Of a stretch of 64,000 bases of DNA, positions 20,354-30,363 are shown piece after piece. A model generated the notes under the pieces. That model was not told the origin of the DNA. It saw only the letters and a list, made by a program, of their open reading frames with translations, and searched no databases. Numbering within the stretch: the first letter of the stretch is position 1; the number at the start of each line of letters is the position of its first letter. The stretch spans positions 1,472,001-1,536,000 of the forward strand of contig CAWHAE010000012.1 in the NCBI GenBank assembly GCA_963827235.1, written 5' to 3'. The DNA comes from an uncultured bacterium (GTDB taxonomy: Bacteria; Chloroflexota; UBA5177; JANWHV01). The position numbers and the translations under genes were made by a program.

Positions 20354-20678
20354 GTCTGCACCTCGCCTTACGCGCCTGGTGGACGTGGATGCGCGCTATC
20401 ATCCGCACACGTCACGCGGTTTGACGGGAACAAGTGGTCTGTGGCCATCGTAGCACCAGGAGCAGGGCCCTGGTAGGCCCGCTAGAGGTGTTGAAGCGAG
20501 CTCCTTGATGAGGAAGACATGCGCGGTAGCACCGCGACTTCTGGGCCATCCTGTCCAGTCGGGAGGAAAGCAGTGCGCGTTATCACAAGGTTTTGCGCAG
20601 ATTCCGCTCTGGTTGGAAACGTTCCATGGCATGGCGCTGAAGCCGGGCGAGTCGACGACGGGGCGGGGCACGAGGCCC

Positions 20679-20810
20679 GCGGTTGCGATCGCATGGCAGC
20701 AGAGGGGGGACCGCGGTCCCGGGTGGGGCGGGGGACGGTAGCCTCCAGCTGCGGCAGCCTGCGGTTGCGATCGCATGGCAGCAGCGGGGGACTGCGGTCC
20801 CGGGTGGAGG
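20679..20810. repeat. Two copies (82-bp period) of the dispersed ATCGCATGGCAGC repeat
   Basis: GCGGTTGCGATCGCATGGCAGCAG at 20679 and 20761. Confidence 0.9.
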
Positions 20811-20854
20811 GGCACGACGGTACGAATAGGCGGAAAACAAGCTCGGCCCAGGGG

Positions 20855-21085
20855 ACGGGCGGGCTGAAGCCCACGCTTGGCGAGCCATGAGCCTCCCACG
20901 GGCTGAAGCCCGGGGCATCACGGGCATCGATATCGCCATGGATCGCCGGGCATCAGGAGCAGCGACGTGGCGCTGAAGCGAGGGGTAGTGGGAGCAGCGG
21001 CATCGCGGTGAAACGCGGGGCATCAGGAGCAGCGACACGGCGATGAATCCCGGGGCATCGTCGCGGGTGTAGGTCTCGTCGTGGC
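20855..21085. repeat. REP-like hairpins plus a degenerate 35-bp tandem array (5 units)
   Basis: Units start at 20901, 20936, 20971, 21006 and 21041 with consensus nnnTGAAnCnCGGGGCATCAGGAGCAGCGAC; GGGCTGAAGCCC hairpins. Confidence 0.8.
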
Positions 21086-21106
21086 CTTACTCAATGTGCG
21101 AGGGGC

Positions 21107-21142
21107 GAGGGCGCGGGGGCTTTGCAAGGCCCCCGCGCCCTC
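21107..21142 (-). terminator. Hairpin terminator after the NADK-like gene
   Basis: GAGGGCGCGGGGGC / GCCCCCGCGCCCTC 14-bp stem adjacent to the stop at 21146. Confidence 0.7.
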
Positions 21143-21145
21143 CAT

Positions 21146-22045
21146 TCACGCGACCAGCCGCAGGCGGCGGGAGGCCGCGCTGAGCGTTACCGTCTGGCCC
21201 CATGACAGGGTCAGGCAGTCTGCCTCGATGCCGTCGCCGAACGCGACCAGCGCGTCCGATTCGACGGTGACTGCCAGCTCGCCGGAGGCATCCAGAAGCC
21301 CTTCGGTCAGGCTGGTGCCGGTCGACGGCGAGGGCCAGGCCTCCCGCACGAACCATGCCAGCGTGGCGTCGACGGGCGAGGGCAGCGCCAGGCTGCTCCG
21401 GCGCTCTAGCCACAGCGAGCGGCACCAGCCGGTGGCACCGGTGCCGCTGGCCGCGATCAACCCGGACGACGCATGGCGCTCGCGGGGCCCTTCCGGCAGG
21501 CTGAGCGTGTAGCGCGACGTCTGGTGGCCGGCGTGGCCCACGTAGATCTCGTTGAGGGCCAGCAGCCGCTGGCCGTCGTCCGCCACGGCCTGCACCATGG
21601 TGCGCTCCTGCACGTGGGCGGCGACCTCGCGCGTCACGGCCAGACGCACCAGGTCGGCTGCCCTCGCGGGCGGGTGCGGAACGAGCACGCCGGGGTTGCG
21701 ACCCGGATCCGGGTTGATGCCGACCACCGGCTGCCCGTCGAGATACTTGGCCACGTTGGCCACCAATCCGTCCTGCCCCACGATCACGATGACGTCGTCC
21801 GGCGCGAAGAGGAAGCGAGACACGTCGGCACGCTCGACCATGCCCCGGCGCCAGTCCACCGGGATGGCGCCGGCCACCGCCGCCAGGGCCTGCTCCTGGG
21901 CGCGGTGCCGCTCTTCCACCTCCTCGATGTGTCGCCCACGCGTGGACAGGAAGAAGGCTGCCTGCCCCCGCGTGCCGTGCCGGGCAAGGAGATCCTCCAG
22001 CTCGGTGTGCCGGTGTACCAGTACCACGCGCGGTGCCAGGGCCAT
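21146..22045 (-). CDS. Atypical NAD kinase-like protein
   Basis: [53 protein letters not shown]. Confidence 0.85.
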   Translation of the reverse strand: MALAPRVVLVHRHTELEDLLARHGTRGQAAFFLSTRGRHIEEVEERHRAQEQALAAVAGAIPVDWRRGMVERADVSRFLFAPDDVIVIVGQDGLVANVAKYLDGQPVVGINPDPGRNPGVLVPHPPARAADLVRLAVTREVAAHVQERTMVQAVADDGQRLLALNEIYVGHAGHQTSRYTLSLPEGPRERHASSGLIAASGTGATGWCRSLWLERRSSLALPSPVDATLAWFVREAWPSPSTGTSLTEGLLDASGELAVTVESDALVAFGDGIEADCLTLSWGQTVTLSAASRRLRLVA

Positions 22046-22047
22046 GG

Positions 22048-23083
22048 TCACTTCCTCCTCGGGGCCTGGCCCTCCGTGGGCTGGGCAGCGGGCACGGCGA
22101 GCCGGCTCAGCACGGGTGCCAGCAGATCGGGCGTGAGCACCAGGCTGTGGATCTGGGGCAGGTTCGCGGCCAGGTCCTTGAGGGCCAGACCGATGATCAC
22201 GCCGTCGGCGAGATCCCGGTAGGCGGCGACATGCGCTGCTTCGGCGGCCGCCTTGGCCTCGCCGAGGGCGCGGGTGCCCTCAGCCCGCACCGCCGAGAGT
22301 CTCAGCTCCTTGGCTGCCTGCGCCTCAGTCTCCACGGCGCCTGCCGCCGCGGCCTCTTCGGCTTGCCGACGCGCGTTGGCGCCGCGCTGTGCGACGAGCT
22401 GCTCTTCGCGCCGGGCAAGCTCGATCTGGCTCTGCAGCTCGTTCTCGCTGATCGTCCGCTCGCGCTCCACCGCCAGGGCGCGCCGCTCGTAGGTGGCGCG
22501 GTCGGCTTCCTGCTGCACCTGCTCGCGCGTCGGGGTCTGCAGCGCTTTCTCCATCTCCGGTGCCGGCCGGATGGCCACCACGCGCACGCCGATCACCTCG
22601 ATGCCCGTCTCGGCCAGTCGCGGATCGCCCGTGAGGCCGGTTGCCATCTGATCGCGCACCACGCCGACCCCGCCGGCCAGCGCGCCGGCCAGCGGACGAG
22701 CGGGCGAGCAGGTCGAGCGCGTGCTGCTGCGCCGACTCGGCGAGCAGCCCGGCGAGCTGTTCCAGCGGCGTGCCGCGCCAGCGCCCGGATTCCGGGTTGA
22801 CGGAGAAGTCGACCCGGCCGGCGGCCAGGACCGGATCGGCGAGGCGGAAGGTGACGGTCGCCTGCACCGTCACGTCCTGGAAGTCCGACGTGCGCGCGTG
22901 AAAGAGCAGCGGCAGCTCGCGGTCGTCCACGGGCACTTCGGAGAGCACCGCGCTCAGCGGGCGGAACCAGAACGACTGCCCGGTTCCCGAGTGGGCGAGC
23001 CTCCCGTGGCTCAGGTGCTGCACGTAGATGGTGGGAGCACCACGGTAGTGGTGCAACAGGGGGTATCTGGTGATGTCGGCCAT
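22048..23083 (-). CDS. SPFH/Band 7 domain protein (+1 frameshift near 22697)
   Basis: [24 protein letters not shown]; coiled-coil [30 protein letters not shown] in the second frame. Confidence 0.88.
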
Positions 23084-23101
23084 GGTCGTACCGTCCTTGC
23101 T

Positions 23102-23323
23102 TCAGCTCTGGTCCGGAGTGCCGGACTCCGGCGATTCAACAGGCTCGTAGGTGGCGGCGAAGATGCCGGGCTTGCAGGCGTATTGCTCGCCGGCCACGCC
23201 GGTGATGACGTAGTCGCCCGGATCGGCGCGCATCAGGCCTTCGAGCGTCTGGATGTACATGGTCTCGGTCGTCTGATAGGCGGATATGACTACGGGCTTC
23301 TTGCGATAGAGTCTCGGCGTCAT
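23102..23323 (-). CDS. Small PGDY(G)-motif protein
   Basis: YRKKPVVISAYQ..TLEG.M.A.PGDYVITGVAGEQYACKPGIFAATYE; AGGAGG RBS. Confidence 0.85.
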   Translation of the reverse strand: MTPRLYRKKPVVISAYQTTETMYIQTLEGLMRADPGDYVITGVAGEQYACKPGIFAATYEPVESPESGTPDQS

Positions 23324-23346
23324 CGTGGACCCTCCTGCGATCTAGA

Positions 23347-23396
23347 TATCGTCATACTGACGATAACATGCACGGCACTTCTCGTCAACTGGACGA
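23347..23396. promoter_or_regulatory. Two NrtR-type palindromic operators
   Basis: TATCGTCA-tac-TGACGATA (23347-23365) and TCGTC-N5-GACGA (23382-23396) in the divergent intergenic region. Confidence 0.8.
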
Positions 23397-23425
23397 TTAG
23401 GGGAGGGCAGGCGTATGCTGGAGGC

Positions 23426-24136
23426 ATGCAAGACTACGATCCGCGCCGCTACCCGGCGGTCGCCGTAACGGTCGACCTGGTGGTGCTGACGATTCGGGAC
23501 AACGGGCTCGCCGCGCTCACGATCTGCCGGGGCGGGGAGCCGTTCAAGGGCCGCTGGGCGCTGCCGGGCGGGTTCGTGCAGCCGGCGGAGGACCTCGCAA
23601 CGGCGGCGCAGCGAGAGCTGATGGAGGAGACCGGGCTGCCCGCGGCGGCGGTGCATCTCGAGCAGCTCGCCTCGTACGGCGATCCCGGGCGCGATCCGCG
23701 CATGCGCATCGTGACCGTTGCCTACCTTGCTTTGGCCCCGGACCTGCCGGGGCCGGCGGCCGGGTCAGACGCGGCGGACGCGCGCTGGTCCGAGGTCAGC
23801 GGCTTGCTGGCCGATCCGGCGCGGCTGGCGTTCGATCATCACAGCATCCTGGCGGACGGCGTGGAGCGCGCGCGGGCCAAGCTGGAGTACACGCCCCTGG
23901 CCACCGCCTTCTGCGCGGCCGAGTTCACAGTCGCGGAGCTGCGCCGCGTCTACGAGGTCGTGTGGGGTGCCGCGCTCGACCCGCGCAACTTCCACCGCAA
24001 GGTCACGGGAGCGCGGGGCTTTCTGGAGGCCACCGGCCGCACCACCGTGCGAGACGGTGGGCGGCCGGCACGGCTCTACCGGCGTGGCGCGGCCACCCTG
24101 CTCTACCCACCCATGCTGCGCGCCGAGAGCCAGTGA
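23426..24136 (+). CDS. nrtR: NrtR family Nudix-related transcriptional regulator
   Basis: AVTVDLVVLT, WALPGGF..AAQRELMEETG, RDPR.R, AFDH; C-terminal winged HTH FTVAELRRVYE..RNFHRKV..GGRPARLY. Confidence 0.92.
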   Translation: MQDYDPRRYPAVAVTVDLVVLTIRDNGLAALTICRGGEPFKGRWALPGGFVQPAEDLATAAQRELMEETGLPAAAVHLEQLASYGDPGRDPRMRIVTVAYLALAPDLPGPAAGSDAADARWSEVSGLLADPARLAFDHHSILADGVERARAKLEYTPLATAFCAAEFTVAELRRVYEVVWGAALDPRNFHRKVTGARGFLEATGRTTVRDGGRPARLYRRGAATLLYPPMLRAESQ

Positions 24137-24148
24137 CGCGGTCCGGCG

Positions 24149-25360
24149 CTAGGCCAGCGCCTCGCCCTCCGTGCGATCGCCGTCGCGCCGATCCGCCTGG
24201 GCCCGGCCCCTGCCCGCCTCCAGCGGCGCCGGTTGGCGGCCGGTGGTGCGCTCGGGCAGCGCCTGCCAGCCGGCATGCTGCGGTTCCGGCGACTGGGCGG
24301 CCGCGCCCACGCGCATGAAGGCGTCTACCTTTGCCCAGATGGTGTGCACGGCTTCGGGCACGTGCAGCACGTCGCACTCGGTGCCCAGGATGAACGGCCG
24401 CCCCAGGGCCCGCATGTGCTGGACCAGGTCCCGGGCCGCCGCGCGCACCTGCTCGACCGTGATGGCGGCGTCGGAGGAGAACTGCTTGGAAGGCAGGTTG
24501 CCGTAGAGCACGGTGCCGGAGGGAACGAGCGGCGCCACCTCCCAGAGCGGCCGCGAGCTGCCCAGGCTGAGCACGGCAGGCTGCAGCGAGCAGAAGCTCC
24601 GGATCATGGCGTCCGTCAGCTCGCCGCAGTTGTGGAACCACAGGGTCGCCTCATATTCTCGCAGCACACCGGCATAGCGGCGCAGGTTGGCCATCACCAG
24701 GCGATCGAAGACGTCCGATCCGCGCGCCATCTGCTTGGGCGAGACATAGACCCGGTTGGCGGCCGGCTCGGCGACGAAAGCCATGGCTGCCCCGGCGGCG
24801 AGCTGGGCGCGCAGCGAGGTCTCCACGGCCAGCATGGCAAGCTCCATACAGCGCTCCAGGCGGCAGACGCCTTCGTCCTCTTCCGCGGTCAGCCCGGCGC
24901 CGGCCTGGTAGATGAGCGAGATAGGGTCGTCCAGCAGCTTGGTCAGCAGGGAGAAGGGCCCAATGGTCATGGCACAGGGCACCAGATCGGGCTCATCCGC
25001 GGCGACGGCGGCAATGGCCTCCACCTGGGCCTGCAGCCGGGCGGGCAGCGGATCGTGCAGGTGCTGCCGGATATCCGCCATCTGCGCCTCGGTGGGCGGC
25101 TGGGTGAAGTGGAAGGTTGCCGCCTGCTCCGGCGTGAGGCCCAAGCCGCGCAGCAGGAAAGCCTTCTCCAGCTGAAGGTCCATCAGCGGGATGGCAAAGG
25201 GGGTGTGGAAGCGGTGCGCGGCCCTGGCCAGCAGCCTGCCGAGCGCGGCGCCGTCGAGCACGACGGCGGCCGGGTCCGGCTCCATGTGCAGCACCAGGTC
25301 CATGCCGACGGGCATGCACAATCCGCCCGCGGCAAGGCGCTGAATGTACTCTCGGTCCAT
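24149..25360 (-). CDS. Uroporphyrinogen decarboxylase family / MtaA-like methyltransferase
   Basis: MDLQLEK, IGPFSLL, AEPAA, HNCG, LYGNLP, ILGTECD. Confidence 0.8.
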   Translation of the reverse strand: MDREYIQRLAAGGLCMPVGMDLVLHMEPDPAAVVLDGAALGRLLARAAHRFHTPFAIPLMDLQLEKAFLLRGLGLTPEQAATFHFTQPPTEAQMADIRQHLHDPLPARLQAQVEAIAAVAADEPDLVPCAMTIGPFSLLTKLLDDPISLIYQAGAGLTAEEDEGVCRLERCMELAMLAVETSLRAQLAAGAAMAFVAEPAANRVYVSPKQMARGSDVFDRLVMANLRRYAGVLREYEATLWFHNCGELTDAMIRSFCSLQPAVLSLGSSRPLWEVAPLVPSGTVLYGNLPSKQFSSDAAITVEQVRAAARDLVQHMRALGRPFILGTECDVLHVPEAVHTIWAKVDAFMRVGAAAQSPEPQHAGWQALPERTTGRQPAPLEAGRGRAQADRRDGDRTEGEALA

Positions 25361-25597
25361 CAATCTTCCTGTCCACAACACTATGCACGCAGGGCGTGCT
25401 CAATCGGTTGGGTGATGCGCAGGGCAGCGGGCACCGACGGCGCGCCGGCCGGCAAAGGCCGTACCGGTCCACGCGGACCCTGGCTTGGTCCGCCGACTAT
25501 CTTCTATCCTTATTACTTGCCGCGACAGGGCGACATGCTCTCGACCGGAGCGGCCGAGCATGGCTCGCGTATTGTCCCGGCGGGGGCAGGGCGCCGG

Positions 25598-26231
25598 TCA
25601 GGCGACGAGCACCTCGCGCAGCACGCGCACGGCGCTGGAGGCATCCGAGGCGTAGCCGTCGGCGCCAATCTCGTCGGCATAGGCCTTGGTGATTGGCGCT
25701 CCGCCGATCGATGATCTTGGCCTGGTCGCGCAATCCCGCTGCCTTGATGGCTTCGATGATGCTCCGCATGTTGGTCATGGTCGTGGTAAGCAGGGCCGAC
25801 ATGGCCACCACGTTCGCCCCGTCGCGAATGGCTTGCAGGAACTTCTCGGGGGGCACGTCCACGCCCAGGTCCACGATCTCGAAGCCGGAGCCTTCCAGCA
25901 TCATGGCCACCAGGTTCTTGCCGATGTCGTGCAGGTCTCCCTGCACCGTGCCGATGGCCACCTTGCCGCTGGACTCCACGCCCTGCTCCACCAGGTGGGG
26001 CTTGAGCACGGCCAGTGCGGCGCTCATGGCCCGCGCCGAGACCAGCATCTCCGGCACGAACACTTCGCCCTCTTCATAGAGCTGGCCCACGTGGCGCATG
26101 GCAGCGATCAATCCCTCTTGCAGCAGGGTGCCGGCGGGAATGCCTTGCTCCAGGCCCAGCGTCACCTTGGCTACCGCAGGCTTGGCCTGCCCTTCGATCA
26201 CGGCCTCGCGAAGCTCTTCTACTACCGTCAT
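25598..26231 (-). CDS. Corrinoid (B12-binding) methyltransferase protein (+1 frameshift near 25710)
   Basis: GLIAAM..FVPEM cap domain; GDLHDIGKNLV; SALLTTT; GGAPITKAYADEIGADGY resumes in the shifted frame to a stop at 25598. Confidence 0.92.
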
Positions 26232-26513
26232 GACGATCCGACTCCAATCTCGACTTCAGACCACGCAAAACGCGAGTGGGATGCGCGCGCATCAGCCCCA
26301 GCGAATGCACGGCCCCACGCGACCGGCACCCTGTCCGATGCCCGGGCCGCCCGGCTTGCGTTCACGCCGGCCCCCCAGCAAACTCATCTGCCGGCGTGGT
26401 GTCTACTTGGTCAAGCGCATGGCGCCCCGTCGTTCGGTTCATTCGAACCCACGGTAGCCCAACAATTGAGGAGGATCTTCTGGTATTTCGGTCCAAGAGT
26501 CCGGTATCGTAAG

Positions 26514-27413
26514 GTGGTGAGCCGATCGCCTTTGGTACCCGATCAACTGTCGACATTCGGCCTGAGCGCCTGGCATGGCCGGCCTCGGCCGATGGAGCGC
26601 GGCCATCGCCACAACGAGGTGGAGCTGAACTTCGCCGTCGGCGGCTCGACGACGTACCTGTTCGGGGGACGCCAGGTATGCGTTCCTGCCGGCGTGCTGG
26701 CGGTATTCTGGGCGGCCTTCCCACATCGCATCGTGGCTGCCGATGCAGACACGGAGCTATGGTGGCTGACCATTCCCCTGGCCACGGTACTGGCCTGGCA
26801 GCTGCCGAGGCGTTTTGCGGTCAAGATGCTGCGCGGTCTGCCGATCACCGACCCGACGATGGACGAGCACGGCATCGATCGCGGTCTCATGCGGCAATGG
26901 CACGAGGATCTCCGGCACCCGCTGCCCGAGCATCATCACATCGTGGTGCTCGAGGTGGAGGCACGGCTGCGCCGCCTGTGTCTCTGCCTGGATGCGGAGA
27001 GCGCGGCATCGGCGCGGGGTGCCGTGCCGCGCGGCGAGACCGTCACCGGCGCCGAGGCCATGGCGCTCTACATTGCCGGCCACTTCCACCAGCCGGTGCG
27101 CGTAGCCGACCTGGCGGCGGCGGCCGGCATGCAGCCGAACTACGCCATGGAGCTGTTCCGGCGCACGTTCGGCGTGAGCATGATCACCTACCTGACGCAG
27201 TTCCGCCTCGCCGACGCCCAGCGGCTGCTTGCCACGACCGACGCCACCGCCACCGAGATTGCCATGGCCGTGGGATTCGGCTCGACCAGCCGCTTCTACG
27301 AGGCGTTCAAAACCGAGTGCGGCCAGTCGCCGCTCTCCTATCGCAAGGCGGTCCAGCGCGGCTCGACTGCCGTGACGTGGATGCCGCTTGGCGCTGCACC
27401 TGCGGCGCGCTAG
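26514..27413 (+). CDS. melR: AraC family regulator, MelR-like
   Basis: HRHNEVELN cupin, FWAAFPH, PNYAMELF, GFGSTSRFYEAFK; adjacent to melA. Confidence 0.85.
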   Translation: MVSRSPLVPDQLSTFGLSAWHGRPRPMERGHRHNEVELNFAVGGSTTYLFGGRQVCVPAGVLAVFWAAFPHRIVAADADTELWWLTIPLATVLAWQLPRRFAVKMLRGLPITDPTMDEHGIDRGLMRQWHEDLRHPLPEHHHIVVLEVEARLRRLCLCLDAESAASARGAVPRGETVTGAEAMALYIAGHFHQPVRVADLAAAAGMQPNYAMELFRRTFGVSMITYLTQFRLADAQRLLATTDATATEIAMAVGFGSTSRFYEAFKTECGQSPLSYRKAVQRGSTAVTWMPLGAAPAAR

Positions 27414-27582
27414 CCGCCAGTGCCGCGTTGGGCTGCCCGGCCGCCGAACCCGGTGCCAGCCAATGCCGCGTACCAGGTCGGGCGCGCTCGTGGCGGGATC
27501 TTCGCGCCAGGTGACTGGATAAGATATATAGGGTGTGCGGGACCCCGGTACGGCCTTGCAGTAGTGTTTGAAAGAGGACATC

Positions 27583-28908
27583 GTGACCAGAATCACCTTC
27601 ATCGGAGCGGGTAGCTTCGGCTTCACCCGTGGGCTCGTTCGTGATCTCCTGACCTTCCCGCTGCTGCGGGACGCGACCCTGGTCCTGATGGACGTCGACA
27701 AGGAGCGGCTGGAGTTCGCCGACCGATCCGTGCGGCGCATTGTCGAGCTGGGCCAATACCCCGCCCGGGTGGAGACCACGATGGACCGCGCCGAGGCGCT
27801 CAAGGGCAGCGACGTGGTGATCTGCACCATCCTGGCCGGCGGGATCGACGTCTGGCGCTACGACATCGAGATCCCGAAGAAGCACGGCGTGGACACGAAC
27901 GTGGGGGACACGCGCGGCCCCTCGGGCATATTCCGTGCCCTGCGCACCATCCCGGTAATGCTGGAGATCGTCCGGGACATGGAGCGCTACTGTCCGGGTG
28001 CGGTGCTGCTCAACTACACCAACCCGATGGCCATGCTCTGCCGCGCCCTCCAGCGATCGTCGTCGATCACCACCACCGGCCTGTGCCACAGCGTGCAGGG
28101 CACGGCGGAGATGCTGGCGGGCTGGATCGGCGCCCCGATGGACCAGATCACCTACACCTGCGCCGGCATCAACCACCAGGCTTTCTACCTGCGCTACGCC
28201 TGGAACGGCAAGGATGCCTATCCGCTGATCCGCGAGGCGATGAACCGGCCGGAGGTCTACAACGAAGAGATCGTGCGCAACGAGATGTTCCTGCACCTGG
28301 ATTACTACCCGACCGAATCCAGCGGGCACAACTCGGAGTACAACTGGTGGTTCCGCAAGCGGCCCGACCTGATCGAGCGCTACTGCCTGCACGGCACGGG
28401 CTGGAACCCCGGCGCCTATGCCTACATCCTGGACGAGTACCGCAAGCGGGAGACCACCTGGCGCGACGAGGCGCGAGAATGGTACGCGAATGACAAGCCG
28501 ATCTCGCTGGAGCGGGGGCATGAATACGCCGCCTACATCATCAACGCCTTGCAGGGCGGCGAGATCTTCGGCTTCAACGGCAACGTGCGCAACACGTCGC
28601 TGATCACGAACCTGCCGCCGGACGTCTGCGTCGAGGTACCGGTCTACGTCGACCGCAACGGCTTCCGGCCGGTCCACGTGGGCGCCCTGCCGCCGCAGCT
28701 CGTGGCCCTCAACCACGTGAGCGTGATGGTGGAGGAGATGGCCGTGGAGGCGGCGCTGACCGGCAACCCGAGACTGGTCTTCCAGGCCATCGCCTACGAT
28801 CCGCTGACCGCCGCCGTGTTGAGCCTGGCGGAGATTCGCACCATGGTCAACGAGATGCTGCAGCAGAACCGCGACTACTTGCCGCAGTTCAAGCGCCTGA
28901 GCGCCTGA
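27583..28908 (+). CDS. melA: Alpha-galactosidase, glycoside hydrolase family 4
   Basis: [49 protein letters not shown]. Confidence 0.94.
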   Translation: MTRITFIGAGSFGFTRGLVRDLLTFPLLRDATLVLMDVDKERLEFADRSVRRIVELGQYPARVETTMDRAEALKGSDVVICTILAGGIDVWRYDIEIPKKHGVDTNVGDTRGPSGIFRALRTIPVMLEIVRDMERYCPGAVLLNYTNPMAMLCRALQRSSSITTTGLCHSVQGTAEMLAGWIGAPMDQITYTCAGINHQAFYLRYAWNGKDAYPLIREAMNRPEVYNEEIVRNEMFLHLDYYPTESSGHNSEYNWWFRKRPDLIERYCLHGTGWNPGAYAYILDEYRKRETTWRDEAREWYANDKPISLERGHEYAAYIINALQGGEIFGFNGNVRNTSLITNLPPDVCVEVPVYVDRNGFRPVHVGALPPQLVALNHVSVMVEEMAVEAALTGNPRLVFQAIAYDPLTAAVLSLAEIRTMVNEMLQQNRDYLPQFKRLSA

Positions 28909-28931
28909 GCGCGACGGTACGCAAGAGCGAA

Positions 28932-28965
28932 CAAGCCGGACCCAGCTGTTGCCGGGTCCGGCTTG
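28932..28965 (+). terminator. Hairpin after melA
   Basis: CAAGCCGGACCC / GGGTCCGGCTTG 12-bp stem. Confidence 0.65.
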
Positions 28966-29430
28966 CCGCGTGCCGTGATTGCCGGCGGCTGCCGGTGGGG
29001 GTATGCAGGCCGGGCGCGATCCGGTAGTAAGGCGATCTCCGTGACCAAGATGCTCATGGCGACGTAGCTCGGTTGTCTCGCGGGAGCGGCCGGCGGAGGA
29101 GCCAGTCTATTCTTCCGCGACCAGTTCCTGCCGAACAACGTCATCGAGATCGCCTACCGGACGGATCAACTGCTGCACGAGAACTAACGTCAAGCCACGG
29201 CCAAACCGGCAGGCGTTGCTCGAGCGCACCGGTCGACTCACGGGGGCGGGCAAGATGTGTCTGTTGAAAATCGACCTTGGGCCTACGGCATGCTGTGCAG
29301 CAGCCACAGCAGAAGGTCTACATCTTGTGGTCGAAGTACGAATATCAACAGACACAAGATGCCCGCGGTCCAGGGCGACGGGCCACATCCGCACACCCTG
29401 GCGCGGCTTGGGTATAGAGGTGGGCGTGGG

Positions 29431-30363
29431 CTACGACATGCCCTCTCGGTAGGTGATGCGCGGATCGAGCAGCGGGTAGATCAGGTCGACGATCAGGTTG
29501 CAGGTGGAGACGAGCAAGGCGGAGATGAGCACGGTGCCGAGCACCACGGGGAAGTCCAGGTTCTGCACCGCGGTCCAGGCCCAGTTGCCGATCCCGGGCC
29601 AGCCGAACACGACTTCCACCAGCAGCACGCCGCTGAGCAGCGATCCCATGTCCAGGCCAATCTGGGTCACCACCGGCAGCAGGGCGTTGGAGAGGGCATG
29701 CCGCAGGACGACGCGCCGGGCCGACAAACCCTTGGCCCGTGCCGTGCGCACGTAGTCCGAGTGCATCTGCTCCAGCATGCCGGCGCGCAGGATGCGGGCG
29801 TACCAGGCGCCTCCCGCCAGGCCGATGGTGAGCGCGGGGAGCACGATGTGGTCGAGGCCGCCGTAGCCGCCGAGCGGGGCGAGGTGCCAGCGAAAGGATA
29901 CCCAGTAGAGCAGCATCAGGCCGAGCCAGAAGGAGGGGGCCGTGACGCCCAGCAGGGCAAAAAGGGTGAGTATGCGATCCAGCCAGGTGTAGGGGCGCAC
30001 GGCGGAGATGATGCCGACCGGAATGCCGATCAGCAGCTCGCAGATCAGGCCCGCGCAGGCCAGCGCCGCGGTGGCCGGCAGGCGCTGCTCGATCGAATCG
30101 AGCACCGGCACCTGGTACTTGAACGACGTGCCGAGGTCGCCGTGCAAGAGGTGCCAGAACCAGAGCCCGTAGCGATCGTAGAGCGGCTGATCCAGTCCCA
30201 GGTGACGGCGCAATTCCATGATCGCCTGCATGGAGGCGTTTGGACCGGCCACCACGCGTGCCGGGTCGCCGGGCACGAGGTAGAGCATCACGAAGGTGAC
30301 CGTGGTGACGCCCCACAGCACCAATACCATGCCGATGATCCGTCGCGTGGCGTAGGCGAGCAT
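29431..30363 (-). CDS. Peptide/nickel ABC permease (DppB-like)
   Basis: VPGDPA, LGLDQPL, GDLGTS, DYVRTARAKGLS, HALSN. Confidence 0.95.
   Translation of the reverse strand: MLAYATRRIIGMVLVLWGVTTVTFVMLYLVPGDPARVVAGPNASMQAIMELRRHLGLDQPLYDRYGLWFWHLLHGDLGTSFKYQVPVLDSIEQRLPATAALACAGLICELLIGIPVGIISAVRPYTWLDRILTLFALLGVTAPSFWLGLMLLYWVSFRWHLAPLGGYGGLDHIVLPALTIGLAGGAWYARILRAGMLEQMHSDYVRTARAKGLSARRVVLRHALSNALLPVVTQIGLDMGSLLSGVLLVEVVFGWPGIGNWAWTAVQNLDFPVVLGTVLISALLVSTCNLIVDLIYPLLDPRITYREGMS

Noticed and set aside
20901-21060. 35-bp array as a CRISPR array
   Set aside because: Contiguous degenerate units with no unique spacers
22680-22710. Programmed ribosomal frameshift in the SPFH gene
   Set aside because: No slippery heptamer; the same +1 pattern occurs in four unrelated genes
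29041-29190. Gene-like fragment (LFFRDQFLPNNVIEIAYRTDQLL)
   Set aside because: Looks like a decayed coding remnant with an internal stop, but I cannot assign a family
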